64,000 bases of DNA from positions 173,042,001 to 173,106,000 of the forward strand of contig OZ024740.1 of NCBI GenBank assembly GCA_964016885.1, in the 5' to 3' direction. Both the position numbers and the translations under genes were made by a program. Positions 26,825-40,019 of the stretch are shown here, piece after piece (within the stretch, counting starts at the first letter, position 1; the number at the start of each line of letters is the position of its first letter). The notes under the pieces are model-generated. The model did no database searches. It was given only the letters and a program-made list of their open reading frames with translations, and was not told the origin of the DNA. This DNA is from Eledone cirrhosa. Taxonomy: Eukaryota.

Positions 26825-27355
26825 TCAGCTATTACAAAGTCCAAATAAATCAGTTCTTCGATTTATTATTGTGTTGAAATTCGAGATAATGGTAAATTTT
26901 TCAACTAGACATAAATTACAAACACTAGATATGGAAGCATTGGAGTATGGAGATGCGTTGTAGATTTTACGCCAATAAATTTTGTAATTTATGTTTTTGT
27001 CTTTTAAGGACCAAATAAGTTCTGAGAGAGCGGTGCTGGTCCTTTTAAGTGGAGATTTAAATGCAGAAGAATGATTATAGAATCTTGCTTTAAAAGAGGT
27101 AGAAGTAGAGCCAATGTAGGTATAGGTATTGGTACTAGTTACCACTTTACATTCGTATACTAGGTTTTTATCGAGACAGAAATTACCAAGAGGACAATTA
27201 GTTCTAATAGGGCAGTTGCATTTACGATTAAGATTATTTACAGAGTTATTTGTAAGTGGCCCAGGATTAATTATATTACGAACTGGAGTGGTGGAATTAA
27301 CTAAAGGAGATGCTAAAGTTTCCAGATTTACATTACTATTTGATGTATTCCTCAA
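26825..27355 (-). pseudogene. PLE GIY-YIG endonuclease domain
   Basis: CNCP...CPLGNFCL...LVYEC...YIGST...FKARFYNH...TALSELIWSLK...CNLCLVEK, typical of PLE (Naiad-like) C-terminal endonucleases. Confidence 0.85.
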
Positions 27356-28035
27356 AGTTACGTTTGACGTCGTATTTATACTTGTGTTATTTTGCCTAGA
27401 GTTTACATTGACATCGGGCCTTATAGTGCTATTATTATGACTCTCGTGGTTGGATGCTCAGTAACCGTGTAAGAAGGCTAAATAATATTTGAGGATTTTT
27501 ATCCATTCTCAGTAGCGCTTACTCAATCGGTATTGAGGTAAAATAAGCTGATAGCTTGTATAGATTTTTGCAAACAATAGATTTATGGAGATTTTTATTT
27601 GCATACAATGTGTGCTTGCCGGGCTGGTGTTAATCAGCCATAGCACTAAGGCAAAGGGATTCATTATAGTGGCATATATGAAAGCATAAACAATATTTGT
27701 ATGTATAATAAACATAAATAAGTCTCGTTGTGGGTATTTTAAGCTGTGATCATATCACAGGTGTTTCAGTGAGTATTGAGGCAAAATAAACTTGTATAGA
27801 TTTTTTACAATACATTTATGGAGATGTTCATTTGCATAGAGTGCAGCACTATATACATATATAAGTTTTGTCGAAGTTACTGGCTTTTTGAAAACACTGT
27901 ATTGAAACGCCGTTAATGTCGGCGAAACTTTGAAGTAAACAGTCACTATTAATAACAAATGTTGTATTGATTCGATAAATTGTATATGATCCCTTTACTC
28001 AGTGCTTGTTTTGTATGTTTATAAACAGAGAAGCG

Positions 28036-28092
<57 letters not shown>

Positions 28093-28326
28093 ACACAGAT
28101 AGAGAGACAGAGAGATAAAGGGAATGATCATTAATGGGTAGCTAATCCTTTAGGAATTCTTTCGATCACATGGGCTCGGTGATCGGATTTCGACCTGAGC
28201 ATCATTAAATGAATAAAATTCAAATCTTCTTCACAATAATACATTTGTCTATCGTATGTATTTGTGTCAGAAACTGTGCTGAGCAGTCTGTCTCTTCGAT
28301 AAATTGAGACGTATAGATTTAAAATG

Positions 28327-28560
28327 TCATGTCCAGAGGCGCAATGAAATATCTTTAGCGAGATATAAACACTGATCCCAAAAGATTTGATACTTGAATA
28401 ACTTTGCTTTAGCGATCAATAATATTATCTTTGAAAGCACAACATCCAGTACGTTCTCTAGGTCGCTTATGATGCGAGTGATCATAACAACATATTCCTT
28501 ATTTGCCGCATGGCCGTACAATAGCTGAGGTAGAAAAACATTACAAAAATGGTTGCGGCT
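28327..28560 (-). pseudogene. Degenerate hAT transposase fragment
   Basis: DLENVLDVVLSKIILLIAKAKLFKYQIFWDQC loosely resembles the hAT helix following the CxxH motif. Confidence 0.35.
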
Positions 28561-28714
28561 GATGAATGCATAGAGATTTTCACACGATAATATGCTAAGC
28601 GCTATCAATTGTTTAGCCCTTGGAAAAAAAAATTGGTATTTATCCCCACTCAAGGCAATACTGATTCAAGGAAGTGGGAACAGAAATTGTAATGTGATAG
28701 GGGATTAAGTATAC

Positions 28715-28960
28715 GTGAAGGTGTGTAGCTTGCTGGTTAGAGAGTTGGATTCACAATTGTGAAGTTCTGAGTTCGATTCCTGGACTAGAGAATGCGTCGT
28801 GTCATTGATTTAATGTTGCTACAGTTCACTCAGCTGTAGAAATGAGTGGCGATGTCACTGGTACCAAGCTGTATCGACGTTTGCCTTTCTCTTGGACAAC
28901 ATCGGTGGTGTGGGGAGAGGAGATTGGTATCAATAGACGACTGCTAGTCTTCCAAAAAAA
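28715..28960 (+). mobile_element. Second tRNA-derived SINE family
   Basis: tRNA-like head (TAGCTTGCTGGTTAG...GAGTTCGATTCC); body shared with 36880-37145 minus. Confidence 0.75.
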
Positions 28961-30179
28961 CATCTAACCCGAAAGAAACTTCTAAGTACAAAACCGAAGG
29001 GAGTCTTTTTTAGGGGGTTAAGTGGGATTTGTCAGAGCAGTACTTATCACTATAGACACTATTGATTCATGGATATGGGAAGAGGAATTGCAATGTTATG
29101 GGGAACTAAGAGGTTTAGCAACTATTGTCAAACGAAGAAGGACTGCAAGCTGGATTTACCGGTGCTTATAATTTAAGCTATTATACTAGTTACCAAGTAA
29201 AGTTGGTAATAGGTCCAAATTAGATGCGAAATGTAGGCCTCATTTCAAACAGTTCACTAAATATTTTAGTAATCAGTGCTAAATACATGATTCATGTCTG
29301 CGTTACTAGCATATATAAGTGAATGGTGTGCTTACAAGGAACAAAAGAAAAGAATTAAAATTTGAGAGGAATAGATCCCGTCATAATCGTAAGCGTATCT
29401 CAACTGTCCTACCTATCTATTCCCTCCTTTGTTCTAGCATTATCATCTCTACATATTAAAATAAATAAGTAGATCATTTTCCCTACGAGGAAAAAATAGG
29501 GAATAATACAGAAAAGGGTGAGATAATCACAATTTTATTTGATTTCACACAAGCCCTGTAAATGCTCTGAGCTGAGCAGAAACTGTGCTGGAAATGGCTT
29601 GCTCTCAGCCTATTCAGTCTTTCATGTATGGCACAATATCTTGAATGCTGTAGACAGCCAGCAAGCACAGAAATCTACAAGACATTCAATAGTAGCAGCT
29701 ATATAATAAATACTCATAAGGCGGAAGTTTGAACGATAGTTCTCTCGCCCTCATATAAGAGAAAAACATTATTCAGTATTTGACAAGTACTCTGTTATCG
29801 ACCTAGGGGAAATGAAAAGCAATTTGATATGCGAACATAATAGATGCAACTAAATGCCACAGGTTATTTTGTTATGCATTCTACGATTTCTAGTTTTGAT
29901 ACAAAGCCACATATTTTAGGAGAATGGTTTAGATGATTCATTGACCTATTACTTGACTGGTGCAGATTTTGGCAGACATGGGAGTATAAAACCAAAGTCT
30001 ATGTGCGTAATATTTGAACTTAGAAGTAAGGATATGATGTTGATTCTTACGTCCATTTTCACGATGAGTATTCACTTGTTCCATCAATTGAATTACCATG
30101 CAAATGGTTAAGTATTCAACAAACACATGTACTTTTAACGTAATTTTCTAGCCAACCCAGTGTGACATAATATAAAGCT

Positions 30180-30315
30180 GGACCAACGGGCTTCCATACA
30201 GTTTCCGTCTACCCAATTTCATTCTCAAAAGTTGGGTTTACCTGAGGTTATGGTAAAGGCACTTGCCCAAGGAACCATACAGTGTGATCGAACCCGGGAC
30301 TTATGATTACAACAA
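30180..30315 (-). mobile_element. Diverged tRNA/CORE-like SINE fragment
   Basis: Reverse complement has GGTTCGATCAC...CCTTGGGCAAGTGCCTT. Confidence 0.55.
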
Positions 30316-30900
30316 AATGATTGTCTAATTCTCACGTATAAAAAAAGAATCAAAAATATTTACACAAAATACAGTTTACACGATTATCCTTCGTTCGATA
30401 CTTCTCGGCTTAGCTATCAAGCTGTCAAATTGATAAATCTACTTTTCTGTGGCGGCGGATCAGTAACATTCGATAAACAATAAGATGTAAAGTGAAATAA
30501 ATGAAACCAGACCTTTACGATGCGAAGAAGTAATACATTTGACCCGATTTTAGTGATTGGTCGTCTTCAGTTTGGCTCAAGATCTAACATTTCTAAATTG
30601 GTAGACAACAAGGTATCCACACAAAATTGACAGATCTGTGTCACTGAATTTTTATTTATTATTTTATTTATTTACTCATTTATTTATTCATTCATTTATT
30701 TATTATATAAAACGCTGAGATTATAACTGCAATGTATACACACGTAAATACAAACCCAGCATCATATATATATTCGTACTTACATATACATGCATACATA
30801 CGTACGCGCATATACATACAATACACACACACACACACATATATATATAAATGAAAGGTATAGAAATTGTTTTAGCGAGAAGCTAACAGTATTCTATAAC

Positions 30901-30940
<40 letters not shown>

Positions 30941-30942
<2 letters not shown>

Positions 30943-31120
30943 TAGCTCAGAGAAAAAAGTACTCAATACCGAAGTAGAGTTTAAATATTCATTTTATTAC
31001 GGCTAGTGGGTGTTGTTACTCTGGATCTGGAGTTTCGCCTGTTTTACACAGGGTCATATCTGATGATAAATAGGCGAAACTCCTGAGTAACAAAACTCAA
31101 TATATAGCCTTAATAAAATG
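30941..31120. mobile_element. Family B fold-back mini-element with two partial hammerheads
   Basis: Tail with GTACTCAATA; the minus arm retains CCCTG..CAGGC-GAAAC; the plus arm has CTGATGA..GGC-GAAACTCCTGAGTA-ACAA with a stem II deletion. Confidence 0.72.
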
Positions 31121-31899
31121 TATATATATGTATATATATATATATATATATGCGTGTGTGTGTGTATGTATGTATATGTATATACACATATACATATATA
31201 TCATATATATATCCATACATATATAGGCTGTGTACTCACAAGATTATCAGACAATTTATTTATGGTTATAGTACTCAATACTAAGATACTAAACTCAGTA
31301 TATACTTCAACTAAAATTCTCAGATTTAACTTTGTGTGTTTATATGTGAGTATGGGGTGCATATTTATGTGTGGGTGCGTATGTTGTATTTATATTATAT
31401 ATATACATGCTTGTACATGAGAGCTATTTTTATGTATATATTGATGTATCGTCTGCTCAATGAAAATCTCTAGAATTCTTTCTTGTGGACACGATGTATA
31501 TCATTGTGTGGAGTAAGAAAAATATGCTTTTTGTAATGAAGAAATGAAGACCAAAGCAAAACCATATCATTGTATAAAGTTATTTCGTCATCGGTTTTGT
31601 CGTTGAAAAACATTCGGCTACACATACTGGAGTATACAATTTATCTTTTGCTGTGTAATCTTTCTAAAAAATAAAGATATATTACACTCTCGTTTTGTTA
31701 CAATAAATGTAACTTGTTCTTTTGTGTTTTATTTACTTATATATTTTACTTTTTCTTAACTATTTTGAAATTTTGATTTATCAATTTGAAATTTTTTTTT
31801 TCGGGAACCTTAATTTTATTTACAGTCTCTTCTTCTCAGTTATTTCATTTTTTTTTTTAATTTCTTGAATTATTATGTGTTAAGTTCCCGTATTTGATA

Positions 31900-32165
31900 A
31901 AGATGAGATTATCATTGCAGCGGCTGTTGCTGACCATTGTCCGCGGTAATGCTTTTGCGGTCTTGTACGCGGGGTGCTCCCCGATTACCGCCGCGCCCTA
32001 TGCCCAGACCCCAATCACTCTCTCCCTTCCACTTCCCCATTCTTCTGTGACACTAGAGCCCTTGCCTTTCCCTTCCTTTTCTGTTTTTTTTATATTTTCT
32101 TATTTTACATTCCATTCTTTCTTCTCAAACTAATTTTTTTTTCTTTTTCTATTAAATTGTTTTTT
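31900..32165 (+). mobile_element. GC-rich plus polypyrimidine retroelement 3' end, same family as 52680-52960
   Basis: Extensive identity to the reverse complement of 52680-52920. Confidence 0.75.
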
Positions 32166-33125
32166 ACTATTACAAACATCAATTTCCTACAGTAAATAAA
32201 TTTATGACCATATACTGATTGAATATGCACCAGACAAAATAGGGGTAGAGAGAAAGTGTCTCCTTGCAATATAAGTTCTCACAGGGATTGCTTTTTGTTG
32301 GGCTACTTTACTCATTGTCTAGACAATAGATCTCTATCTGATCTACTCTAACATCACCAAACTTCAACCGGAAAAGATACTTACTAGAGAAACAACAGCG
32401 CTGACAGCAGCAGTAACAGTAAACATAAAACTAAACAAAACGAAACAATATAAAAATATATAATAACAAAATACGAAGAAAGTGTTTGATAAAGTCTTGA
32501 TAGAACGTTTAATTAGAATAATTAGTTTTGTCTGTAAAATAGCGAAATTAAATTGAGGGATATCAAGTCACTCACTAAATTTATTCAATTGCGATAGAGA
32601 TGGCGGTTGGTTGTAAAACTACTGTTTGATCGCGGTGGCTGCTTCTCCAGCTGTTTTTTTTTTGTTGTTGTTGTTCTTCTTCTTCTTCTTCTTCTTCTTC
32701 TTCTTCTTCTTCTTCAGACTAAATTCATTTGTTACTCCCCTTTTACATGCTCAGTTCAAATCCCACTGAGGTCGACTTTACTTTTCATATCCCGGGGATC
32801 GGTAAATTAATATACCAATCAAATAGTGACATCGATTTAATCAATTAAATCCCTATTTGTGGCTTACGTTAGAAACAATTATTATAATGTTCCTTTGCGC
32901 TCTGAGCTCAAAATTGATTTCCCTTTTCCTCATTCAGAAGTTGATTAAACAAATACCATTCAAGTACTGGGGTCCATTTACTCAACTGTTTTCTTTTCTA
33001 AATGTGTGGCCTTGTGCCTAAAGTTCTACCCTTGTCAAACAATATCCTGTACCCGAGGGAAGAGATCTTCTTCTCTTGCCAGCCCACAGGAAAGTTTAAC
33101 TTGAAGTCTGTCTCTGTTCTGAAGG

Positions 33126-33519
33126 AAATTTCAGCTGTAAACTGGATAAAAGCCCGCAAACAAACTAACGACCCAGGTCAATAAAACTTCTTAACTTGTG
33201 TCTGCATCTTCTTTCATTTCTCATCTTTCATACCTCCACCCTAGTTAAGTGGACAATTCAACAGGATTGCCTACATCCTGTATGGATTATTCTGATCGTT
33301 ATTTTTGTTTAGTTGCTTTGTTTGTTTTTGTTTTTGTTTTGTTTGTTTGTTTGCTTTTTTTTTTAAAGTATGCTTCTTGAGATTTTTCTATTGATCCCGA
33401 GACTTCTTTTATTGTGCATTTTTGAAATTGTGTATCACGGAATTCTGACACTTGTATGTTTTATTGACCCGGGTCGTTAGTGCGTTTGCGGGCTTTTATC
33501 CAGTGTACAGGTGGAATTC
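33126..33519. repeat. Inverted repeat pair (33126-33187 / 33458-33519)
   Basis: CTGGATAAAAGCCCGCAAAC..CTAACGACCC..GGTCAATAAAAC and its reverse complement. Confidence 0.75.
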
Positions 33520-33883
33520 TTTATGAACTTGCATTCCGATCTCTAAAGACTGCGATCGGTCTACTCAATTACGACATGGATCAGCTTGGATTACTGAACA
33601 GAAACCTTACTTGGCTACCCGGATTTCTGCTTTTACTTTAACCAAATGCTGGGATTAGAATCGGTGAAGACGATTGAACGACGTTAGCAATCCCTATACA
33701 AATTATTTAGCCCGGATTTCTCTCTACGTTTTATATTTACTTTCTGCTTTCATGTTGTATATCATGTGATCCTTATTGTGCATCCAGAGATTGTGTATCC
33801 TGGAATCCCGATGTTATTAGGCTAAACATCTGTAGACTCTTGCATTCTCATATCTGATATTGATATATACGTATAATATAATA

Positions 33884-34351
33884 TCTCTATATATATAAAA
33901 CGGAAGATGTCTGTCTGTGTGTGTGTATGATTTTTATGCATTTCCACATTTCTCTACCGATTTTGATGATTTTTTTCCACTGTGCTCCAAATTTACCAAC
34001 GATGGCCAACGCGTAATAAACTTTGCCAAAAATTTCCTGCTTCTATGAAAAAAATCGATAAAACTAAATACATGCTGTAACCCTCTCTCTTACACGCTTA
34101 ATCCCTCTCTCTACTACCCTCAATTGCAACTCTCTCTATATATATATATCACACACACACACACACATATACATATACATCTAAAGAGAGAAAAGGAGAT
34201 GTAGAGAGAGAGAAAGTGAGATAGGTCGTTATACAGAGAGAGGTACAAGATAATCAGATACACACACACACAAACACATATATATATATATATAAAGACA
34301 GAGAGAGAGAGAGATCTGCGCGTTCTTTATTGTTCTCCATTCTGTAGAGGA

Positions 34352-34419
<68 letters not shown>

Positions 34420-34596
34420 TATGAGAAAAAAGGGAGAGGGTTTGAGAAAGAAAGAAAGAGAGTGAGGAATTTTAACTTTTATTTAATTATCTATTCTTTA
34501 CACACTGTTCAACTCTACCCTTTCCTCAACGTTACGTCTCTTTCTCTCTTTCACACAAGACGCACTGTGACTGTGTGTGTTATATATATTTATGTC

Positions 34597-34636
<40 letters not shown>

Positions 34637-34642
34637 GACGCA

Positions 34643-34718
<76 letters not shown>

Positions 34719-35725
34719 ATGAACAGATTAAAGTTTAAGCAAAGAATCGCTGCTTTCAACATTATCGGGATCTTCTGAAACTAAAAAATTCAATCTGTGA
34801 ACGCAGAAGTAAATATTTCGAGAAACGTTGCAACCGAAGGAAAACAGGAAGACGATATTTTGGTTCGTGAAGACGTTCCCCAGTAATGAACGGAAAAAAG
34901 CGAGGATAATACATCGTTATGTGGACCGAGAAGAACAATTTCATGCAAAGACAAGACCAAGTTTATGGTATAAATAGAGTCGTTAGAATATTTAAAGTAA
35001 TCGAATGATTTCCAGCCCGGGAGTTTAAGAATTATGTAAATAAAATTGTAAACGAAAATGACAGAGGTTATTAAAATAGTTGGTTCTACTTTTGGCACAA
35101 AGCCAGCAATTACCCAGTACATTACTGGTACTTTATTTTATCGACCCCGTAAGGATGAAAGGCATGTTAATCTCGACGGGATTTTAACTTTGCCTTAAAA
35201 GAGTAAAAGTAAATAGTGAAGATTTAGGCCAGTACATACGTATGTGCCGACGGACATACACATACATATACATACGCACACACAAATACATACACACACA
35301 CAAACCTTATGCATTTCTAAAGTATTTTCACCAAACTTAAGACATAGGTTATTTATGTACTCCGGATGGGCACTTTCATTTATCCAGATATTGATTATAG
35401 AACCTCCCACCAGATAACCCCCTTTAACCACTTCCTTGAAGTCGACTGAAGCACTGCCATGCAATGCAACAAAACGTCATAACTTCTGGAGTTCGCAACA
35501 AATTTTCACAAAAATTGACACATGGGCTACGTTTGTTCTACAGATGAATGTGAACTCTCAGAATTGGCACATATTGAGTAGGGGACCCCTGAGGGCAAGA
35601 ATCCCCTTTTGGAAAAAGCCGCGATTTTGTAAAGGTATAGTTTTCGAAGCAGCACTGAAGTATTGACATAAATGGTATACATAACTGCTATTTAATACCC
35701 GAGCAACGCTGGGTACCTCTGCTAG
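33884..35725 (+). mobile_element. Non-autonomous Helitron-like element with nested insertions
   Basis: 5' TCTCTATATATATAAAA..GATGTCTGTCTGTGT; 3' hairpin ACCCGAGCAACGCTGGGT followed by CTAG|T. That both ends belong to one element is inferred. Confidence 0.6.
35078..35192 (-). mobile_element. Truncated major SINE
   Basis: Tail and central motif. Confidence 0.85.
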
Positions 35726-35770
35726 TAATATAATATAATGTAACATAACATAATATACGATAATATAATA

Positions 35771-36600
35771 TAATTGTTTCTACTTTTGGCACAAGGCCAG
35801 CAATTAACCAGTGCATTACTGCTACTTTATTTTATCGACCCCGTAAGGATGAAAGGCAAAGTTAACCTCGACGGGATTTGAACTCAGGCCGTAAAGGGAC
35901 GTAACTATGCTGGAAAGCATGGCGTCCGACCCTGTACCGATACTGCCAATCCACTATCATTGTTTTTACTGGTACTTTATTTTATCGACCCAGTAAGGAT
36001 GAAAGGCAAAGTTAACCTCGACGGGATTTGAACTCAGGCCGTAAAGGGATGTAACTGTGCTTCAAAGCATGGCGTCCGACCCTCTACCGATGTTGCCAGT
36101 TCACATAATATAATATAATATAATATAATATAATATAATATAATATAGGCACAAGGCCAGCAATTTGGGGGGAGGGGAAAGGCGATTAAATCGACCCTCG
36201 TGCGTGACTGGTACTTTATTTTATCGACCCCGTAAGGATGAAAGGCAAAGTTAACCTCGCCGTATTTGAACTCAGATCATAAAAGGCCGTAACTCTATGC
36301 TGCAAAGCATGGAGTCCGGCTCTCTATCGACACTGCCAATCCACCGCCATAATATAATATAATATAATATAATATAATATAATATAATATAATATAATAA
36401 AATAAAATATAATTGTTTCTACTTTTGGCACAAGGCCAGCAATTACCCAGTACATTACTGGTACTTTATTTTATCGACCCCGTAAATATGAAAGGCAAAA
36501 TTAACCTCGGCGGGATTTGAACTCAATCCGTAAAGGGACGTAACTGTGCTACAAAGCATGGCGTCCTACCCTCTACCGATACTGCCAATCCGCCGCCCTT
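35771..36600 (-). mobile_element. Cluster of four major SINE copies, partly separated by (TAATA)n
   Basis: Copies at about 35771-35955, 35965-36105, 36147-36350 (long form) and 36411-36600. Confidence 0.9.
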
Positions 36601-36879
36601 GGTATATATTTTTTCTATATCTATCTCCTTTCTGTTTCTTATCCACCTATTTTCTCACTTTCATCCTTCATCCTCGTATGTACACGTTTTGCCCCGTCTT
36701 TCTTCTTCTTCTTCTTCTTCTTCTTCTTCTTCTTCTTCTTCTTCTCCCACGTATTCCTGAGATGGTCGTGGGAGCAGAGTTCTCAAACGCTCCTTCCAGA
36801 GAGTGTTACTTGTTAATCGAAAGATAAAATTATATCTTTTGCTAAGGTATGTTATTGAGTATCGTCTTGTGCTGCATTC

Positions 36880-37145
36880 CCTAGCAACTAGGCACAAGTC
36901 CGGGCAAAGATTTTGTGGATGGCCAGCAGTCGTCAATGGATACCAATCTCCCCTTTCCGTGTCACCGATGTTATCCAAGGATAAGGCAAAGGCTGATACA
37001 ACTCATTTCTACAGCGGAGTAACTGGATCAACGTGAAATAAAGTGTCTCGCTCAAGGACACAACGCATCACCAGGTCTGAGGACCGAACTCACAACCTTA
37101 CGATTGTGAATTCGATATTCTAACCACTAAACCACGCACCTTCAC
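36880..37145 (-). mobile_element. Second SINE family copy
   Basis: Reverse complement has a tRNA-like head and TGTGTCCTTGAGCGAGACACTTTATTTCAC. Confidence 0.8.
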
Positions 37146-37349
37146 ATACAGTGGCGGATTAGCCAGGTCGTTAGCTTGCTTGATGGCAAGTGGGTCCACG
37201 GTAGTACTTTAGGAGCCAATACATAAAACTTTTCTTTCAAAGAAAATATCAGAAGTCCTAGAGAAAGAATAAAAAATCAAGAAACAATTAAGCATACTAG
37301 GGTCGACTTTTACATAAGATCAAGTATAAAAAAATAAATAAATATATAT

Positions 37350-37990
37350 ATATATGTATAGAAATTTCGTATCTCCAAAGAAATACGGTTTTAGGAAGCC
37401 GTAGCTATGCAAACACCGGGGGGGGGCTACGTCTGTGTAAATGAGGTGATTAATCTCATTTGCATATGAAGCTGCATAAGTTGGCTCAACTTATAATAGA
37501 AAAGAAATAAGATTTCGCTTCAAGCATAGCTTTATACAATATGTATAGAAATTTCGTATCTCCAAAGAAATACGGTTTTAGGAAGCCGTAGCTATAAAAA
37601 ACACCGGGGGGGGGGGCTAACGCCCTCTGGTGATGTCCAGATAAAGCTATGCTTGAAGCGAAATCTTATTTCTTTTCTATTATAAGTTGAGCCAACTTAT
37701 GCAGCTTCATATGCAAATGAGATTAATCACCTCATTTACACAAACGAGAAAACTATATATTCTTGGCTGTCTTCTAGTCCAGCAGTCGCAAGCGGTGGGA
37801 GGGATCGTCCTGACGAAGGCCAGTTAAGCCTGAAATGCATAGACGGTTATCCCCCTTGCTTCTGCTGAACATCACCAGAGGTCTTTCTAATTCATATGCC
37901 ACCAGTTCTTCGTGTAAACAACACTACACTTCGGATCTGGGCATATCAACGAATTAACAAGGTAAACTCTGTTCCACCATTATGTTTTCC
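37350..37990. mobile_element. PLE-like element with direct and inverted terminal duplications and a minimal hammerhead
   Basis: Direct repeat 37354-37430 / 37541-37622; IR 37434-37535 / 37641-37742; HHR at 37804-37847. Confidence 0.7.
37804..37847 (+). ncRNA. Minimal type I hammerhead ribozyme, canonical core
   Basis: ATCGTC-CTGACGA-AGGC cagttaa GCCT-GAAA-TGCA-TA-GACGGT; palindromic stem III ATGCAT, AUA site. Confidence 0.88.
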
Positions 37991-38284
37991 TGTTTTTTCT
38001 GTTCAGGTTCTAGCTGCATGATGAGGTGATAACTGTTGAATAATGGTTATCACCGAAATATATATTTCAGCGAATATGACGAAGTTAATTTTAACAGGTT
38101 GACTTACACTTCTTGTTTTTAAATTACTCCGGAGTAAATAGACCCATCTGTGCACTTCGTTGAGTGCTCTAACCTGCATACTGAGGTGTCGGTAAGCAAC
38201 CAACACATAGTCAAATTTATATATATATATGTATATAAACAATGTACGAAGCCAAATTTTCGGCTTTTGAAGCGATTAGAATAT

Positions 38285-38579
38285 ATATATAATTATATAA
38301 GTATAAAGAAAGTGCTTAAGCTCAGAAATGCTGTAAAGATAACTTATAAAATAGGGTGAACAATCTTAAAAGACGGAAAAAGAATTTGCCAACGACCGCT
38401 GTGAGGTATTGAACACCATATTTTTCAGATAGCGGCTAGAGGATATCTGAAAGACATGGGGTTCAATTCTTCGTAGGAGTCGTTGGCAAATTCTTTTTCC
38501 GTCTTTTAAGGGTCTTTACCCTATTTTATAAGCAATCTTTACAGCATTTCTGCGCTTGGACACTTTCTTTATACTCATA

Positions 38580-38590
<11 letters not shown>
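38285..38590. mobile_element. About 300-bp whole-length imperfect hairpin (fold-back/MITE-like) in (TA)n
   Basis: Arms pair throughout, e.g. CTTAAAAGACGGAAAAAGAATTTGCCAACGAC / GTCGTTGGCAAATTCTTTTTCCGTCTTTTAAG. Confidence 0.8.
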
Positions 38591-38675
<85 letters not shown>

Positions 38676-39222
38676 GTTGTTTGTAAAGGAAAATATGAAA
38701 ATATTAATATTAAAAGCAGTGTCTGACAAATAATACAATAAACGAAGCCGGTAAGGGTATTATATAGATATTTAATCAAAGCCCTAAAGCAGGAAAGACG
38801 ATAAAGGTTTCAGGGATGAATGTTTAGAATCTAAATTTAAAAAACGGGTAGTTTATTTTGTCAAACCCGGAAGGGTGATCTGAGCAAAATGTTAACTGGA
38901 GGTTTTATTAAGTTATGCAATGTGATGCTGAGGGGATATGGTGGGTTGATAAATTTTTCAGTATTTCCGTTATTTGAAACTAGGCTTATTTACCTTAGCC
39001 ATTGTATTTCGATTATCTATAAAAAAATGTTCGTTATATTATGTGTACTGACGGTAGAGATACGTATATATTTTGATTTTCTTCGAGGGTTTTCAAGAAA
39101 ACTGGCTTCCAGTTGCAAAGTAAGATTAAAATGCAAGGGGGAAGGAGATGATGTATATTCGGCTATATTTGTACAACACTCATGAGCGTATCTATGAGTA
39201 TCTGTGTAGGCATGCCAGTTCA

Positions 39223-39329
<107 letters not shown>

Positions 39330-39354
39330 TTATATATATATATATATATATATA

Positions 39355-39430
39355 AAAAAAGAACAAAGAGGGTGTGATAGGATACCAGGTGGACCATAAC
39401 GTACCAGAGTACTCAATACTTAGGGTAGAG
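39355..39430 (-). mobile_element. Isolated family C tail
   Basis: ACCAGGTGGACCATAACGTACCAGAGTACTCAATACTTAGGGTAG is the reverse complement of the tail at 24040-24085. Confidence 0.8.
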
Positions 39431-40019
39431 AGAGAGGGGGAGAGAAAGAGAGAGAATTAGTTATTTGTACATATAAAAATGAAAATAATTAAAGAAATAA
39501 AAGTAAATTTTAGTCTTTAATAATTGATAGAATAACCGAACCTGGTATACAATGATGTAAAATACTTCAGCAACTAAATACGTAAGTGTAAAGTAGGTAA
39601 GACCATAAAGATTCCAAAGGTTAATATTTGCAATATAACTTGAAAAAGATGCTTAAAAATTCGAGCAGTCGCTTTGGTTGTATGGTACAACTGCTGGCTC
39701 TTATTTGTATTACTGCAGATTTTAATTGGCAAAGACTGTTCTGAGTTCGATCTCCTCGTCACGCCATGAAGAATATTTTTTTTTGTATATTGTTTTGCCA
39801 ATTGGAAGAAGGTAGAATGTAGAAGCACCGCTCGTCTTGGAAGCTCTAGCTGTGGTTCTGTGGCTATAACTCCCTTTGATGTATGACGAAAGAACTCTGA
39901 GAAACTATATTTATATCTACAAATATAACGGTTGGTCAATCAATGATAAACATTGATTGCTAACTGAATTAATTATGAAAGGAAAACAAACCGAAACCAA
40001 ACAGTGCGTGCGTTTTGCT

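Larger units (their letters stand above)
25993..27440 (-). mobile_element. 5'-truncated Penelope-like element (Naiad-like endonuclease) ending at (TA)n, antisense and just downstream of NHLH
   Basis: GIY-YIG ORF, AT-rich 3' region, HHR near the 3' end, abuts (TA)n at 25940-25992. Confidence 0.75.
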
